53,216 bases of DNA from Candidatus Woesearchaeota archaeon. GTDB taxonomy: Archaea; Nanobdellota; Nanobdellia; Woesearchaeales; WJIZ01. The notes under the pieces were generated by a model that was given only the letters and a program-made list of their open reading frames with translations, did no database searches and was not told the origin of the DNA. Of this stretch, positions 1-8,405 are shown in pieces (positions within the stretch are counted from its first letter, which is position 1; each line of letters starts with the position of its first letter). Made by a program: the position numbers and the translations under genes. The DNA lies in NCBI GenBank assembly GCA_018221205.1, contig JAAOYF010000028.1, positions 1-53,216 of the forward strand, written 5' to 3'.

Positions 1-340
1 AGGGTGGGGGTGTTCACCCATTAAAAGGGATCGTGAGCTGGGTTCAGAACGCTGCGAGGCAGTTTGTTTGATATCTACTGGAATTGTTTGGTATCTGAGA
101 GGAAGGAGCCCCTAGTACGAGAGGAACGAGGCTTCGACGCCTCTGGTGTACCTGTTATCTGATAAGGTATGCAGGGCAGCTACGCGTCAATGGATAAGTG
201 CTGAAAGCATCTAAGTACGAAGTCAACCTCTAAAAGAGATACCACGAACGCTCCTAGAAGAGGAGTTTGATAGAGCTGGTGTGTAAGTACCAAGCTTCGG
301 CGAGGTATTCAGCATGCAGCAACTAATTGTTCATATCTTT
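1..340 (+). rRNA. rrl: 23S rRNA, 3' terminal part (5' part outside window; 3' end approximate)
   Basis: A-loop TGTTC, GAGCTGGGTTCAGAAC (PTC), sarcin-ricin loop AGTACGAGAGGAAC at 114-127, GCTGAAAGCATCTAAG. Confidence 0.97.
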
Positions 341-350
341 GTGCATGGTC

Positions 351-369
351 TTTTTTTTCTTTCTTTTTT
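351..369 (+). terminator. oligo-T tract after 23S rRNA, probable archaeal terminator
   Basis: TTTTTTTTCTTTCTTTTTT immediately after the rRNA. Confidence 0.6.
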
Positions 370-431
370 AGAACCTTTAGTAAACCTTTTTATCATGATT
401 AGCGTGAGCTTTATAATTTCTAAGAAAAAAA

Positions 432-779
432 TTAAGGACAGAGAACAGTTAACCAGTCTTCATCTACAGTATTTTTTGTGACGGTTTCAGCTTGTGAAAT
501 CTGATTACCGTTTAGATAAATGTCAACAGTGTACGCTGTTGGCGATACTGAGATTATATTATAGACTATCCTTCCTGATTTAGTTATGCACTCTCCATCT
601 CTAAATCCAGCTGTTGAAGGAACAGGTGCTGTTTCAGTTGGCTGCTCATTCTCTTCTTGCTCGGTCGGAGCAGGAACTTCTTCAACTTCAATTTGCAGTG
701 CAGGATCGGCAGGCTGTGTCTCCTGTTGGCATGCAGTGATCACCAACATGGCACAAATGAGTATGATTGCAGTTTTCAT
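432..779 (-). CDS. hypothetical lipoprotein-like secreted protein
   Basis: Signal peptide ending in lipobox-like LVITAC, then a Pro/Glu-rich linker and a small beta domain. Confidence 0.7.
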   Translation of the reverse strand: MKTAIILICAMLVITACQQETQPADPALQIEVEEVPAPTEQEENEQPTETAPVPSTAGFRDGECITKSGRIVYNIISVSPTAYTVDIYLNGNQISQAETVTKNTVDEDWLTVLCP

Positions 780-869
780 ATGTGCTTCTGAGCATTACAG
801 GTATACGAATCTTTTCTTTATATGTTACTTTTCGTAATCCTTTTAAATCACCTTATTGTATCTTGTTCT

Positions 870-1400
870 ATGCAAGTGAAAGATAAACTCGCATTGTTAG
901 AAAAAGACAAGCTGTTTTTAGGATGGAGAAAAGACAACCATAACAGTCATTTAGCGCATGTGTTCAGAATGCTCGATGAAGCGAACAAGAACATCTGGCA
1001 ATTCGGCTACTATAATGAGGATGACACCATAACCACGTTTATTCTTGATAATGATGAAGTGAAAGAGATTCCAGAACAGAAGATATTCAAGAAGGACAAA
1101 CATAAACTGCCTGAGCTTGAGGTGTCTAAGATCAAAGTGAGCCTTGATGATGCTGTTGCGAAGGCAACGGAACTGCATGGTGAGAAGTATAAACAGCATC
1201 CTATCATGAAGACCATCGTCATTCTCCAGACCATAGAAAAGAAACAACTCTATAACATCACGTTTGTCACTGAGACGTTCCATACATTGAATGTAAGGAT
1301 TGATTGTGTTACTGGAAAGGTCGTAAAAGAGAAATTAGCAAGCCTTATGGAAATGGCCAAATTTGAGAAAGGCACGGGCAAATCAGATTATATCGGATGA
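870..1400 (+). CDS. hypothetical protein with PepSY-like C-terminal region
   Basis: ATG 870 lies 28 nt after TTTAAAT; C-terminal pattern SLDDAVAKA...YNITF...VRIDCVTGKVV resembles PepSY. Confidence 0.65.
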   Translation: MQVKDKLALLEKDKLFLGWRKDNHNSHLAHVFRMLDEANKNIWQFGYYNEDDTITTFILDNDEVKEIPEQKIFKKDKHKLPELEVSKIKVSLDDAVAKATELHGEKYKQHPIMKTIVILQTIEKKQLYNITFVTETFHTLNVRIDCVTGKVVKEKLASLMEMAKFEKGTGKSDYIG

Positions 1401-1419
1401 ACTATATCTTGTAAAACAT

Positions 1420-1896
1420 ATGAATTTAAATACAAGCAAGGAATGCAAAAAGTGGGGATGCACGATAGTTGAACTCAAGATCCAACGGATTTCTGATGTC
1501 ACTTTACCGAGTTATGCACATGAGGGAGATGCAGGCATGGACCTGTATGCAGCGCACGATGAAATACTCAAGCCTGGCGAACATAAGATCATCAAAACAG
1601 GCATCAAGATTGCGGTTCCTGTCGGTTATGAAGCACAGGTCAGACCAAAATCAGGACTGGCATTGAAACATGGATTGAGCATCGTCAACACCCCGGGCAC
1701 GGTCGATTCTGGCTATCGGGGAGAAGTGGGTGTCATCGTTATCAATCACGGCAAAGAGGATTTTCTAGTCAAGAAGAACATAAAAATAGCACAGATGATC
1801 ATCAATAAAATCGAACAGGCGAATTTAATAGAAGTGAAAGAACTCGACGATACAGCAAGAGGCGAGGGTGGCTTTGGCAGTACTGGCCACAAGTGA
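1420..1896 (+). CDS. dut: trimeric dUTP diphosphatase (start uncertain)
   Basis: Motifs AGMDL, RPKSGLA, GTVDSGYRGE, IAQM, RGEGGFGSTG. Confidence 0.95.
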   Translation: MNLNTSKECKKWGCTIVELKIQRISDVTLPSYAHEGDAGMDLYAAHDEILKPGEHKIIKTGIKIAVPVGYEAQVRPKSGLALKHGLSIVNTPGTVDSGYRGEVGVIVINHGKEDFLVKKNIKIAQMIINKIEQANLIEVKELDDTARGEGGFGSTGHK

Positions 1897-1933
1897 TAAA
1901 GTTTTATAAAGAAGCGAAAAAGATGGTGAATGA

Positions 1934-2032
1934 ATGAGCAACATCAGCTATGGCACATTAGTGAAGAATAAGAGACTTGGGGATTTTATTGAGGGGGTGG
2001 ATGATGAAAAAGACAAGGATGAAGTATCTTAG
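1934..2032 (+). CDS. putative 32-aa microprotein MSNISYGTLVKNKRLGDFIEGVDDEKDKDEVS
   Basis: ATG 31 nt after TTTATAAA (1903); manual translation. Confidence 0.35.
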   Translation: MSNISYGTLVKNKRLGDFIEGVDDEKDKDEVS

Positions 2033-2129
2033 CTTAAGTAACATCGAATATTTCTTTTCGGCTGAGGAATCACTGAAACTTACAGTAGAAGAACTGCTTT
2101 CAGATCCTGATGTGAAGATTGCAGGATAG
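2001..2129 (+). CDS. putative 42-aa microprotein MMKKTRMKYLSLSNIEYFFSAEESLKLTVEELLSDPDVKIAG
   Basis: SD-like GAGGGGGTG directly upstream; fills the intergenic gap; manual translation. Confidence 0.45.
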   Translation: MMKKTRMKYLSLSNIEYFFSAEESLKLTVEELLSDPDVKIAG

Positions 2130-2177
2130 CCATTAGGGAGTGGCAAACTTTAAAAATCCCTCTTCATTCTTCTCGGT

Positions 2178-2561
2178 ATGAACAAACGAGCAGATTTTGG
2201 AATAGGATGGATATTGCTGATTATCGTCATCATCCTTGCACTCGGCTGGCTGGTCAATGAGGGCTGGAAGGAGTGCAGGGTAGACAGCGATTGCAGTGAG
2301 GCTCAGTATTGCGGCAGTGATTTCAGCTGCCATGATATGCAGATTTTCCGTGAAGTGGGTTCGCCACAAGGGATACATTTAAATTCTGCTGTTGTCTTTT
2401 TGGGTATAAGCATCATCATCGCTGCAGTCATCATGAAATGGGACACGTTGTTCAAGAAGAAGAAAAAGAAGAAGCCAGAACATATGGGCCATAATATTGA
2501 GGAAAAAGGGCTTTATCAGGATGACCTTGATGAAGAGGAAGAGCCTCAGAGCCACCACTAA
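2178..2561 (+). CDS. 2-TM membrane protein with a 4-Cys extracellular loop
   Basis: Hydrophobic N-terminus, CRVDSDC..YCGSDFSC, second TM, then Lys and acidic tail; TATA 29 nt upstream. Confidence 0.8.
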   Translation: MNKRADFGIGWILLIIVIILALGWLVNEGWKECRVDSDCSEAQYCGSDFSCHDMQIFREVGSPQGIHLNSAVVFLGISIIIAAVIMKWDTLFKKKKKKKPEHMGHNIEEKGLYQDDLDEEEEPQSHH

Positions 2562-2599
2562 TAATAACTTTTATAAACGCCCTTTCTTTGTTTTCTGCT

Positions 2600-3220
2600 A
2601 TGAAAAATCTTTTCATAGTCTTTGATGGAATGGACGGTACTGGGAAAAGCACACAGATTTCTATGCTTCACGATTATCTCTTCAAGAAGAATAAACGTGT
2701 CAGAATACTCACCACGAGAGAACCTACTTATGGGATCCATGGCGCAAAGATCAGGAAGAAGCTGAAGCAGCATAAGGATCCCTATAAGGACAGCAAAGAT
2801 CTTCTTGATCTCTATGTCAAAGACAGGAGAGACCATGTCAACAGGATGATCAAACCTTTCTTGCGCAAGGATGGTGAGAATGTCTCTATCGTCCTTTGTG
2901 ATCGCTATTATTACTCTACTATCGCTTATCAGCATGCACAAGGCATAGAGCTGAAGAAAACACTAAGCCTGAACAAGAGATTTCTCAAGCCAGATATCGC
3001 CATCATCTTGGATCTGCATCCCGAGACTGCCCTTAAGCGGATATCTAAAGCACGGGCTGTTGAAAAATTCGAGAAACTGGAATTCATGAAAAAATTACGT
3101 ACTAATTTTCTTCTGCTGCATGAACTCATCGATGATAATATGGTCATCATCGATACTTCTGGCAAAGAAGAGGAAGCATTTGAGAAGATCTGCAAAAAAG
3201 TCGATAAGCTTCTGAGATGA
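2600..3220 (+). CDS. tmk: thymidylate kinase
   Basis: P-loop DGMDGTGKST, TREP, CDRYYYSTIAYQ, PDIAIILD. Confidence 0.95.
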   Translation: MKNLFIVFDGMDGTGKSTQISMLHDYLFKKNKRVRILTTREPTYGIHGAKIRKKLKQHKDPYKDSKDLLDLYVKDRRDHVNRMIKPFLRKDGENVSIVLCDRYYYSTIAYQHAQGIELKKTLSLNKRFLKPDIAIILDLHPETALKRISKARAVEKFEKLEFMKKLRTNFLLLHELIDDNMVIIDTSGKEEEAFEKICKKVDKLLR

Positions 3221-3224
3221 GTCT

Positions 3225-3752
3225 ATGAAAACCAAGGCTATGATGTATGTCGCACTCTTTGCTGCGCTGACTGCAGCAGTCTCTCCTATAAGAATACCTT
3301 TAGGTTTCACTCCCGTTCCCATAACTCTGCAAACACTTATTGTGCTGTTGTCTGGCATGGTTTTAGGGAGGAACCTTGGGGCATTGTCCCAGATTGTATA
3401 CGTTATCGTCGGCCTGATAGGTCTGCCTGTCTTTTCAGGCGGCAGTTCTGGATTCGGTGTCCTCTTCGGACCTACTGGCGGGTTTCTGTTCGGGTTCATT
3501 GCCGCAGCTTATGTTGCGGGTTACCTTGCAGAGAGGAAAAGATCTTTTCTTACTCTTCTTATCTCAGGGGCGGGCGGGACGATCACCCTTTATGTTTTCG
3601 GTATTATCGGAGGGATGTTGACAACAGAATTAGCCCTTCCTGCTATCTTAGTAGGGTGGGTCGTGCCATTTATCATTAGCGATATCATCAAACTGACCGT
3701 TGCAGCAATGATAGCTTTCAAATTCGATACGAGAAAGTATCTTAAGCTATGA
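3225..3752 (+). CDS. bioY: biotin ECF transporter S component BioY
   Basis: PVPITLQT, GLPVFSGG, GPTGGFLFGF. Confidence 0.93.
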   Translation: MKTKAMMYVALFAALTAAVSPIRIPLGFTPVPITLQTLIVLLSGMVLGRNLGALSQIVYVIVGLIGLPVFSGGSSGFGVLFGPTGGFLFGFIAAAYVAGYLAERKRSFLTLLISGAGGTITLYVFGIIGGMLTTELALPAILVGWVVPFIISDIIKLTVAAMIAFKFDTRKYLKL

Positions 3753-4423
3753 TAGAAGTCAAGAATCTCAGCTACAGACTTAAAAAGCCTATTTTGCAGA
3801 ATATCTCTTTTTCTATAAAAGAGGGAATATCTGTTGCTCTTTTAGGACATAATGGTTCAGGCAAGACCACTCTCGTAAAGCATCTGAATGGGTTGCTGAA
3901 AGCACAAACTGGCTCTGTCAGTGTCGATGATCTTTCTACTGATTGGGAAGTGAAGAAGAATGTCGGCTTTCTTTTCCAGAATCCGGATGAGCAGCTGTTC
4001 AGTTCTATTGTTGAGGAAGATATCGCTTTCGGCCTTGAGAATCTGGGAGAGAAGCCTGCTGTGATGAAAGCCAAAGTGAAGAAGATCCTGAACAGTCTGC
4101 GTATCGAACAATTGGCTCAACAGGATGTCAATGAATTGTCTTTCGGACAGAAGCAGCTTGTCGCACTTGCCGGAGTGTTGGTGATGGAGCCAAAGTATCT
4201 TATCCTTGATGAGCCTTTCTCTCTGCTTGACCCAAAGAATAAATCAAATCTGATATCAATCCTTCATTCGCTCAAGACTACACTCATCTTAGTCACGAAT
4301 AATCTTGATGATCTGGCCTTGGTCGAGGAGGTTATCCTCTTAAAACAGGGAAAGATCGTCTTTAAAGGGAAGAGATCCAGATTGTCGAAACAGATCCTGA
4401 AGAAGGCTGATATGATTGGTTAA
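3749..4423 (+). CDS. ecfA: ECF transporter ATPase (EcfA/BioM)
   Basis: GHNGSGKTT, FQNPDEQ, LSFGQKQ, LILDEP. Confidence 0.92.
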   Translation: MIEVKNLSYRLKKPILQNISFSIKEGISVALLGHNGSGKTTLVKHLNGLLKAQTGSVSVDDLSTDWEVKKNVGFLFQNPDEQLFSSIVEEDIAFGLENLGEKPAVMKAKVKKILNSLRIEQLAQQDVNELSFGQKQLVALAGVLVMEPKYLILDEPFSLLDPKNKSNLISILHSLKTTLILVTNNLDDLALVEEVILLKQGKIVFKGKRSRLSKQILKKADMIG

Positions 4424-5102
4424 TATCCTGCAGAGATTGGACCCACGATCAAAGATCATCTTACTGTTGTTGCTCAGCATCTATCTCTTTGCCATTACGA
4501 GCAGCTCCTCATTTCTTCTGCTGAGTGCTTTTGGCATACTACTCTTAATCATCACTAAACTCCCTCTCGGTTACTTGCTGAAGAGGCTTTTTCCGTTCCT
4601 GTTCTTCTTTGTCTTTATCCTGGCAGCGCATTATGCAAATATTCTAGCTGGATTATTCACTATATGGAGATTTCTGCTGCTTGTCTTGTTTGCAGCTGTT
4701 CTACTCTGGACCACTACTATAAGCGAGATGGTCTCTGCGTTGGAGAAATTGCTTTCGCCTTTACGCTTTTTCGTCTCTCCACGGGACATCTCCCTCATGG
4801 TGGCTACAGCTGTCCGGTTCATCCCTCTTCTTATGCATGAGACGTCACAGCTGAGAGATGCGCAGAAATCGAGAGGATTAAAGAAATGGAGATTTAGGCA
4901 CGTAAGCCAATTAGTGCAGGGCATGCTGAAGAAGACCTTTCTGAAAGCAGGGGCAATTGCAGATGCATTGGATGCCCGATGCTATCGTGATAAAAATTAT
5001 ACAAGATATACTATACTGCAGATAAGCTATCGAGATATTGTAGCTGCTTTTGTTATTGCTCTTGTTCTGGTCATAGATATCCTAAAGATTCAATATCTTT
5101 GA
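4416..5102 (+). CDS. ecfT: ECF transporter T component (EcfT/BioN)
   Basis: LDPRSK start, RFIP, AQKSRG and DARC Arg motifs. Confidence 0.9.
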   Translation: MVNILQRLDPRSKIILLLLLSIYLFAITSSSSFLLLSAFGILLLIITKLPLGYLLKRLFPFLFFFVFILAAHYANILAGLFTIWRFLLLVLFAAVLLWTTTISEMVSALEKLLSPLRFFVSPRDISLMVATAVRFIPLLMHETSQLRDAQKSRGLKKWRFRHVSQLVQGMLKKTFLKAGAIADALDARCYRDKNYTRYTILQISYRDIVAAFVIALVLVIDILKIQYL

Positions 5103-5466
5103 TGACTCCAGGGACAAACTTGAATTCTTTTATCTGTTCTTTTGTTATCCATCGATAATCAGAATTCTCATGGCATAGCTCGATGTTGTCAGAAGAAGCT
5201 TTGCAGAGATAGACCATGACCAGGAATCTTCTCCCTTCTCTTACCTCTGTCTGGACCAGCTTTCCTTCAGTCTCTAATTCAACATCCAGGCCAGTCTCTT
5301 CTTTCGCTTCTCTCAATACTGCATCTTCTGTTGATTCGAATTCATCCAGGTATCCTGAGCAGAATGACCAATGGCCTGGAAAGTATCTATCATCATCAGC
5401 TTTTTTGAGGATGAGCATCTTATTGTTATATCTGATGATACCGGTCACGACAAAATAGGTCTTCAT
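5071..5466 (-). CDS. NUDIX hydrolase
   Basis: Nudix box GYLDEFESTEDAVLREAKEETGL. Confidence 0.92.
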   Translation of the reverse strand: MKTYFVVTGIIRYNNKMLILKKADDDRYFPGHWSFCSGYLDEFESTEDAVLREAKEETGLDVELETEGKLVQTEVREGRRFLVMVYLCKASSDNIELCHENSDYRWITKEQIKEFKFVPGVIKDIESLGYL

Positions 5467-5527
5467 TAGAAGAAGCAAAAAAGCTGAGCAATATAAAATT
5501 ATGCTTTAATAAAAATCGACCCCTTTT

Positions 5528-5659
5528 TCAGTCAAAATCTAAAAATAATTCGTCCATCTCATGATGTGAGACGATCTTCTTGTTCAAGACAGCCATCTTC
5601 GGCTTCTTGCCGTGGGTTCCACGGACCATATCAAATTCAAATTCATCTTCTGGCATCAT
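5528..5659 (-). CDS. 43-aa microprotein MMPEDEFEFDMVRGTHGKKPKMAVLNKKIVSHHEMDELFLDFD
   Basis: ATGA overlap with the upstream ORF stop, GGGTGG SD-like motif; manual translation. Confidence 0.6.
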   Translation of the reverse strand: MMPEDEFEFDMVRGTHGKKPKMAVLNKKIVSHHEMDELFLDFD

Positions 5660-5856
5660 TCCCACCCAACTACTTGCTCTCTGATCGACAGGCGTTCAAC
5701 CTGCGCCAGTCTCCGCTCCAATTCCTTGATCCTGATAGATTGCTCCTTGACGCGGACGTTCAGATTCCTCATCTGGTTCCAGCTATCATATTTCATAAAA
5801 TCGATATCTCTCCTCACTTGAGCAAAAGAGTTCTGAAGCTTTCTCTGTGAAATCAT
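5656..5856 (-). CDS. 66-aa coiled-coil protein
   Basis: SD GGAGGT upstream, heptad pattern, abuts neighbouring ORFs. Confidence 0.75.
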   Translation of the reverse strand: MISQRKLQNSFAQVRRDIDFMKYDSWNQMRNLNVRVKEQSIRIKELERRLAQVERLSIREQVVGWE

Positions 5857-5985
5857 TTAGACAACCTCCAAGTTCTCATAGTATTCTTTTCTGTGCATCT
5901 CTTTCTCTATCAAACGGGCTCTTTCCTCTTTAGTGAGGCTTCTTCCAGCCACTTTCTCGTCCATGAGTTTTTCTGTCAATGCCAT
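5857..5985 (-). CDS. 42-aa microprotein MALTEKLMDEKVAGRSLTKEERARLIEKEMHRKEYYENLEVV
   Basis: Stop TAA abuts the next ATG; charged helical peptide; manual translation. Confidence 0.6.
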   Translation of the reverse strand: MALTEKLMDEKVAGRSLTKEERARLIEKEMHRKEYYENLEVV

Positions 5986-5987
5986 TT

Positions 5988-6046
5988 TGAAAAAAGTGCC
6001 CAGGGCAATTTCGAGGGGATGAAGAAGAAAGTACCCCGGACTCTTA
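5988..6046 (-). promoter_or_regulatory. structured 5' leader or small RNA hairpin followed by a U-tract
   Basis: GUCCGGGGUA pairs with UGCCCUGGGC (3 G-U pairs), CU-rich loop, then UUUUUU; TATA TTTATATA at 6085-6078. Confidence 0.5.
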
Positions 6047-6136
6047 GTGTTATTACTGGAAAGTAGAAATCAGGTCATATATAAATGTTTCGCTTTATAG
6101 CTACTGCTAAGTGATGAAAGTATAGAACGAAGGATA

Positions 6137-6673
6137 TTACCCTACCCTTCTAACTGGCGCTTCTCGGGGCATATCACTAATTCCGTAAGTCTTCACGGTG
6201 CTTTCTCGGAAATAATTGCCGATAATATGGATGAGATCAGGTGTTGTTAGGATAACAACCTCACGGGTAGTAATGTCGGGTTCGACTTCTGCCAAGCCCT
6301 CAAGAATCTCCCTTCTTACATCATCTTCAGTGTGATATGCATCATCCATTCTCGCTGCTTTTCTCAGCTGCATCAACGTCGCGAGAGCAACAACAGGACG
6401 ATATATCCCTTGTTCAGACGTACCTAATGCAACAATTCTATCAACATATTTTGATCGTCCTTGATCATCTCTCGGGAAGTCTCCAATTTGATGATCTGCA
6501 TAACCATGCATATAATCTGCAAGGAAGAAAGGATTGTCATACCTCCTTATATCCCTGGCCAAAGATTTTTTGAGTGCTTCGGGAAGATCATTTGCAACCA
6601 AATACACAACTCGGTCTATTGTAGAATCAGAAGGTGCTCCTCTCACGCGCTCTGCTAGTGCAGTCTCTGGCAT
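6137..6673 (-). CDS. hypothetical protein (no recognisable family)
   Basis: 178-aa ORF with TTTAAATA upstream. Confidence 0.7.
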   Translation of the reverse strand: MPETALAERVRGAPSDSTIDRVVYLVANDLPEALKKSLARDIRRYDNPFFLADYMHGYADHQIGDFPRDDQGRSKYVDRIVALGTSEQGIYRPVVALATLMQLRKAARMDDAYHTEDDVRREILEGLAEVEPDITTREVVILTTPDLIHIIGNYFRESTVKTYGISDMPREAPVRRVG

Positions 6674-6787
6674 GTGGGTGTCCCATTAGCTATGAAGTAT
6701 TTAAATGTTTGTATTAATAGCTATATTAGTATACTAGTTCTATATAATCTACACTTTTTTATATATAAATGAGGAATCTATAGAAAA

Positions 6788-7102
6788 TCACTTTCTTAAG
6801 GGAAATCTCATGAATTTCTTGCATTCAAGGCAGGAATAGGTCATTTTCCCTTGAGTTGTCCTGACTCTGAGATTCTTTCCAGGCATGAGAAATGAATAAC
6901 AGTGCTTGCAGAATCTTTTCTGCAGGCTGGGGGTGATCCTTATCTTGTATTTCATGGCGATCCTTCTCGCTAGATAGACATATCTGTCTGCCAATGCTTT
7001 CTCTTCATCGAAGATATCTTCGGCCTGCTGGATGAGCTTCTTGATCCGCTGCTTAGCTACATCCAATACTATCTTTGAACGGCGGTGGTATTTCTTTGGC
7101 AT
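6788..7102 (-). CDS. rnp4: RNase P protein component 4 (Rpp21)
   Basis: AKQRI..LADRYVYLARRIAMK, FCKHC...CLEC zinc ribbon. Confidence 0.93.
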   Translation of the reverse strand: MPKKYHRRSKIVLDVAKQRIKKLIQQAEDIFDEEKALADRYVYLARRIAMKYKIRITPSLQKRFCKHCYSFLMPGKNLRVRTTQGKMTYSCLECKKFMRFPLRK

Positions 7103-7163
7103 AGCAGCTGAATAAGGCCCTCAATTATAAAATTTTTTAAATGGCAAAGGGAAAAAGGTCCCT

Positions 7164-8405
7164 ATGTTCGGTTTTTTGAAGAAATTATTCAAAAAAGAAG
7201 AGGAAATCATCGAGAAGATCAAAGCAGAAGAATTAGGAATATGGTTTGAACATAAGGCAGAGCAGATCGAAAGGAACTCTACGCAGCTTCTCGACACATT
7301 CCGCAAACAGCTGAGCAATAAGATGGTGCAGGTACGAGAGCTGCTCAAGAACCTCGAGAAAGCCAGCTTAAGGAATTCTAATATCACGATCAGAGAGAAG
7401 CAGTTCATGGAGGGCAACCGGAAATCATATGTCCAGCGCACCTTGCTCTATCTCAAAGAGATCGATGACATGCTCGAAGAAGAGCTTCATTTCTTTCTCT
7501 ATCATTATCCGCAGTATCTGGAAAATTTCTCGAAAAGCACCCAGCGATCATATCGAATCCTCCAGGAGTTCTTCTCGAACGAGACCAGAGAAATTGCACT
7601 GAAGATCAAGGAGCTGGACGATGTTGTCGGAGATATCCAAAAAGATGAAGAGATGCATAACTATAGCAAGATCGAAAAGATCAAGAAAGGGCTTGAAAAA
7701 GTAGTGCAGATGGTGCAGAAAGAAAAGGAGCTTGAGGAAGAGCTAAAAAAAGCAAAAAGGGAAGTGTCGACTATCGAGCAGGACAAGAAAACATTGGCTG
7801 ATACCAAGAAATCATTGGAAGAGTCCAAGGAATTCAAGGAATATACAAAGCTTGAACAGGACATCGGACACGCAGAAGAAAAAATCAAGAAACTCAAGCA
7901 GGATATCTATGACCTATTCTCACCCATAACACGGGCATTACGCAAGTATCAGAGGATTGCTCTGGAGCATGAGAAGAAAATTGAGCATTACTGCCAGGAT
8001 GCGTGGGATGCCCTGCTCAAAGATGAGGCTACAGATATCCTCCACATTGCCAAAGGACTCTCGACAAACATCAAGAACGGCAGCCTGGTGCTCAAGAACA
8101 AAGATAAAATTCTTGCATGCATCGATAAGATGGACAAGAAGTTCTTTTCAGACATGAAAAAGCAGCATGCCGATCATATCAAGAACAAGGAAGATATCCA
8201 TAAGAAACTCAAAGAGCATACCACTAAAAAAGAGTTCGATAAAGTGGCGAAAAAAATAGAGGACCGGAAGTCCAAGATATCGATGACGAAAGAGATGCTG
8301 GAACGATTGACTGAAGAGCTGAATTCAATAGACCTTGTCCATATGAGGGATGAACTGAAGAAAGATATTGAACATCTATTAAAAGTAAAGATAGAATTTA
8401 TGTAG
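7164..8405 (+). CDS. long coiled-coil hypothetical protein
   Basis: 413 aa, Lys/Glu-rich heptads, amphipathic MFGFLKKLF N-terminus. Confidence 0.85.
   Translation: MFGFLKKLFKKEEEIIEKIKAEELGIWFEHKAEQIERNSTQLLDTFRKQLSNKMVQVRELLKNLEKASLRNSNITIREKQFMEGNRKSYVQRTLLYLKEIDDMLEEELHFFLYHYPQYLENFSKSTQRSYRILQEFFSNETREIALKIKELDDVVGDIQKDEEMHNYSKIEKIKKGLEKVVQMVQKEKELEEELKKAKREVSTIEQDKKTLADTKKSLEESKEFKEYTKLEQDIGHAEEKIKKLKQDIYDLFSPITRALRKYQRIALEHEKKIEHYCQDAWDALLKDEATDILHIAKGLSTNIKNGSLVLKNKDKILACIDKMDKKFFSDMKKQHADHIKNKEDIHKKLKEHTTKKEFDKVAKKIEDRKSKISMTKEMLERLTEELNSIDLVHMRDELKKDIEHLLKVKIEFM

Noticed and set aside
340-431. 5S rRNA or tRNA after the 23S
   Set aside because: AT-rich spacer with no 5S or cloverleaf features.
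6700-6787. AT-rich stretch with the short palindrome TAGTATACTA as a replication origin
   Set aside because: No ORB-like repeats and no adjacent cdc6/orc1; explained by promoter and terminator sequence.
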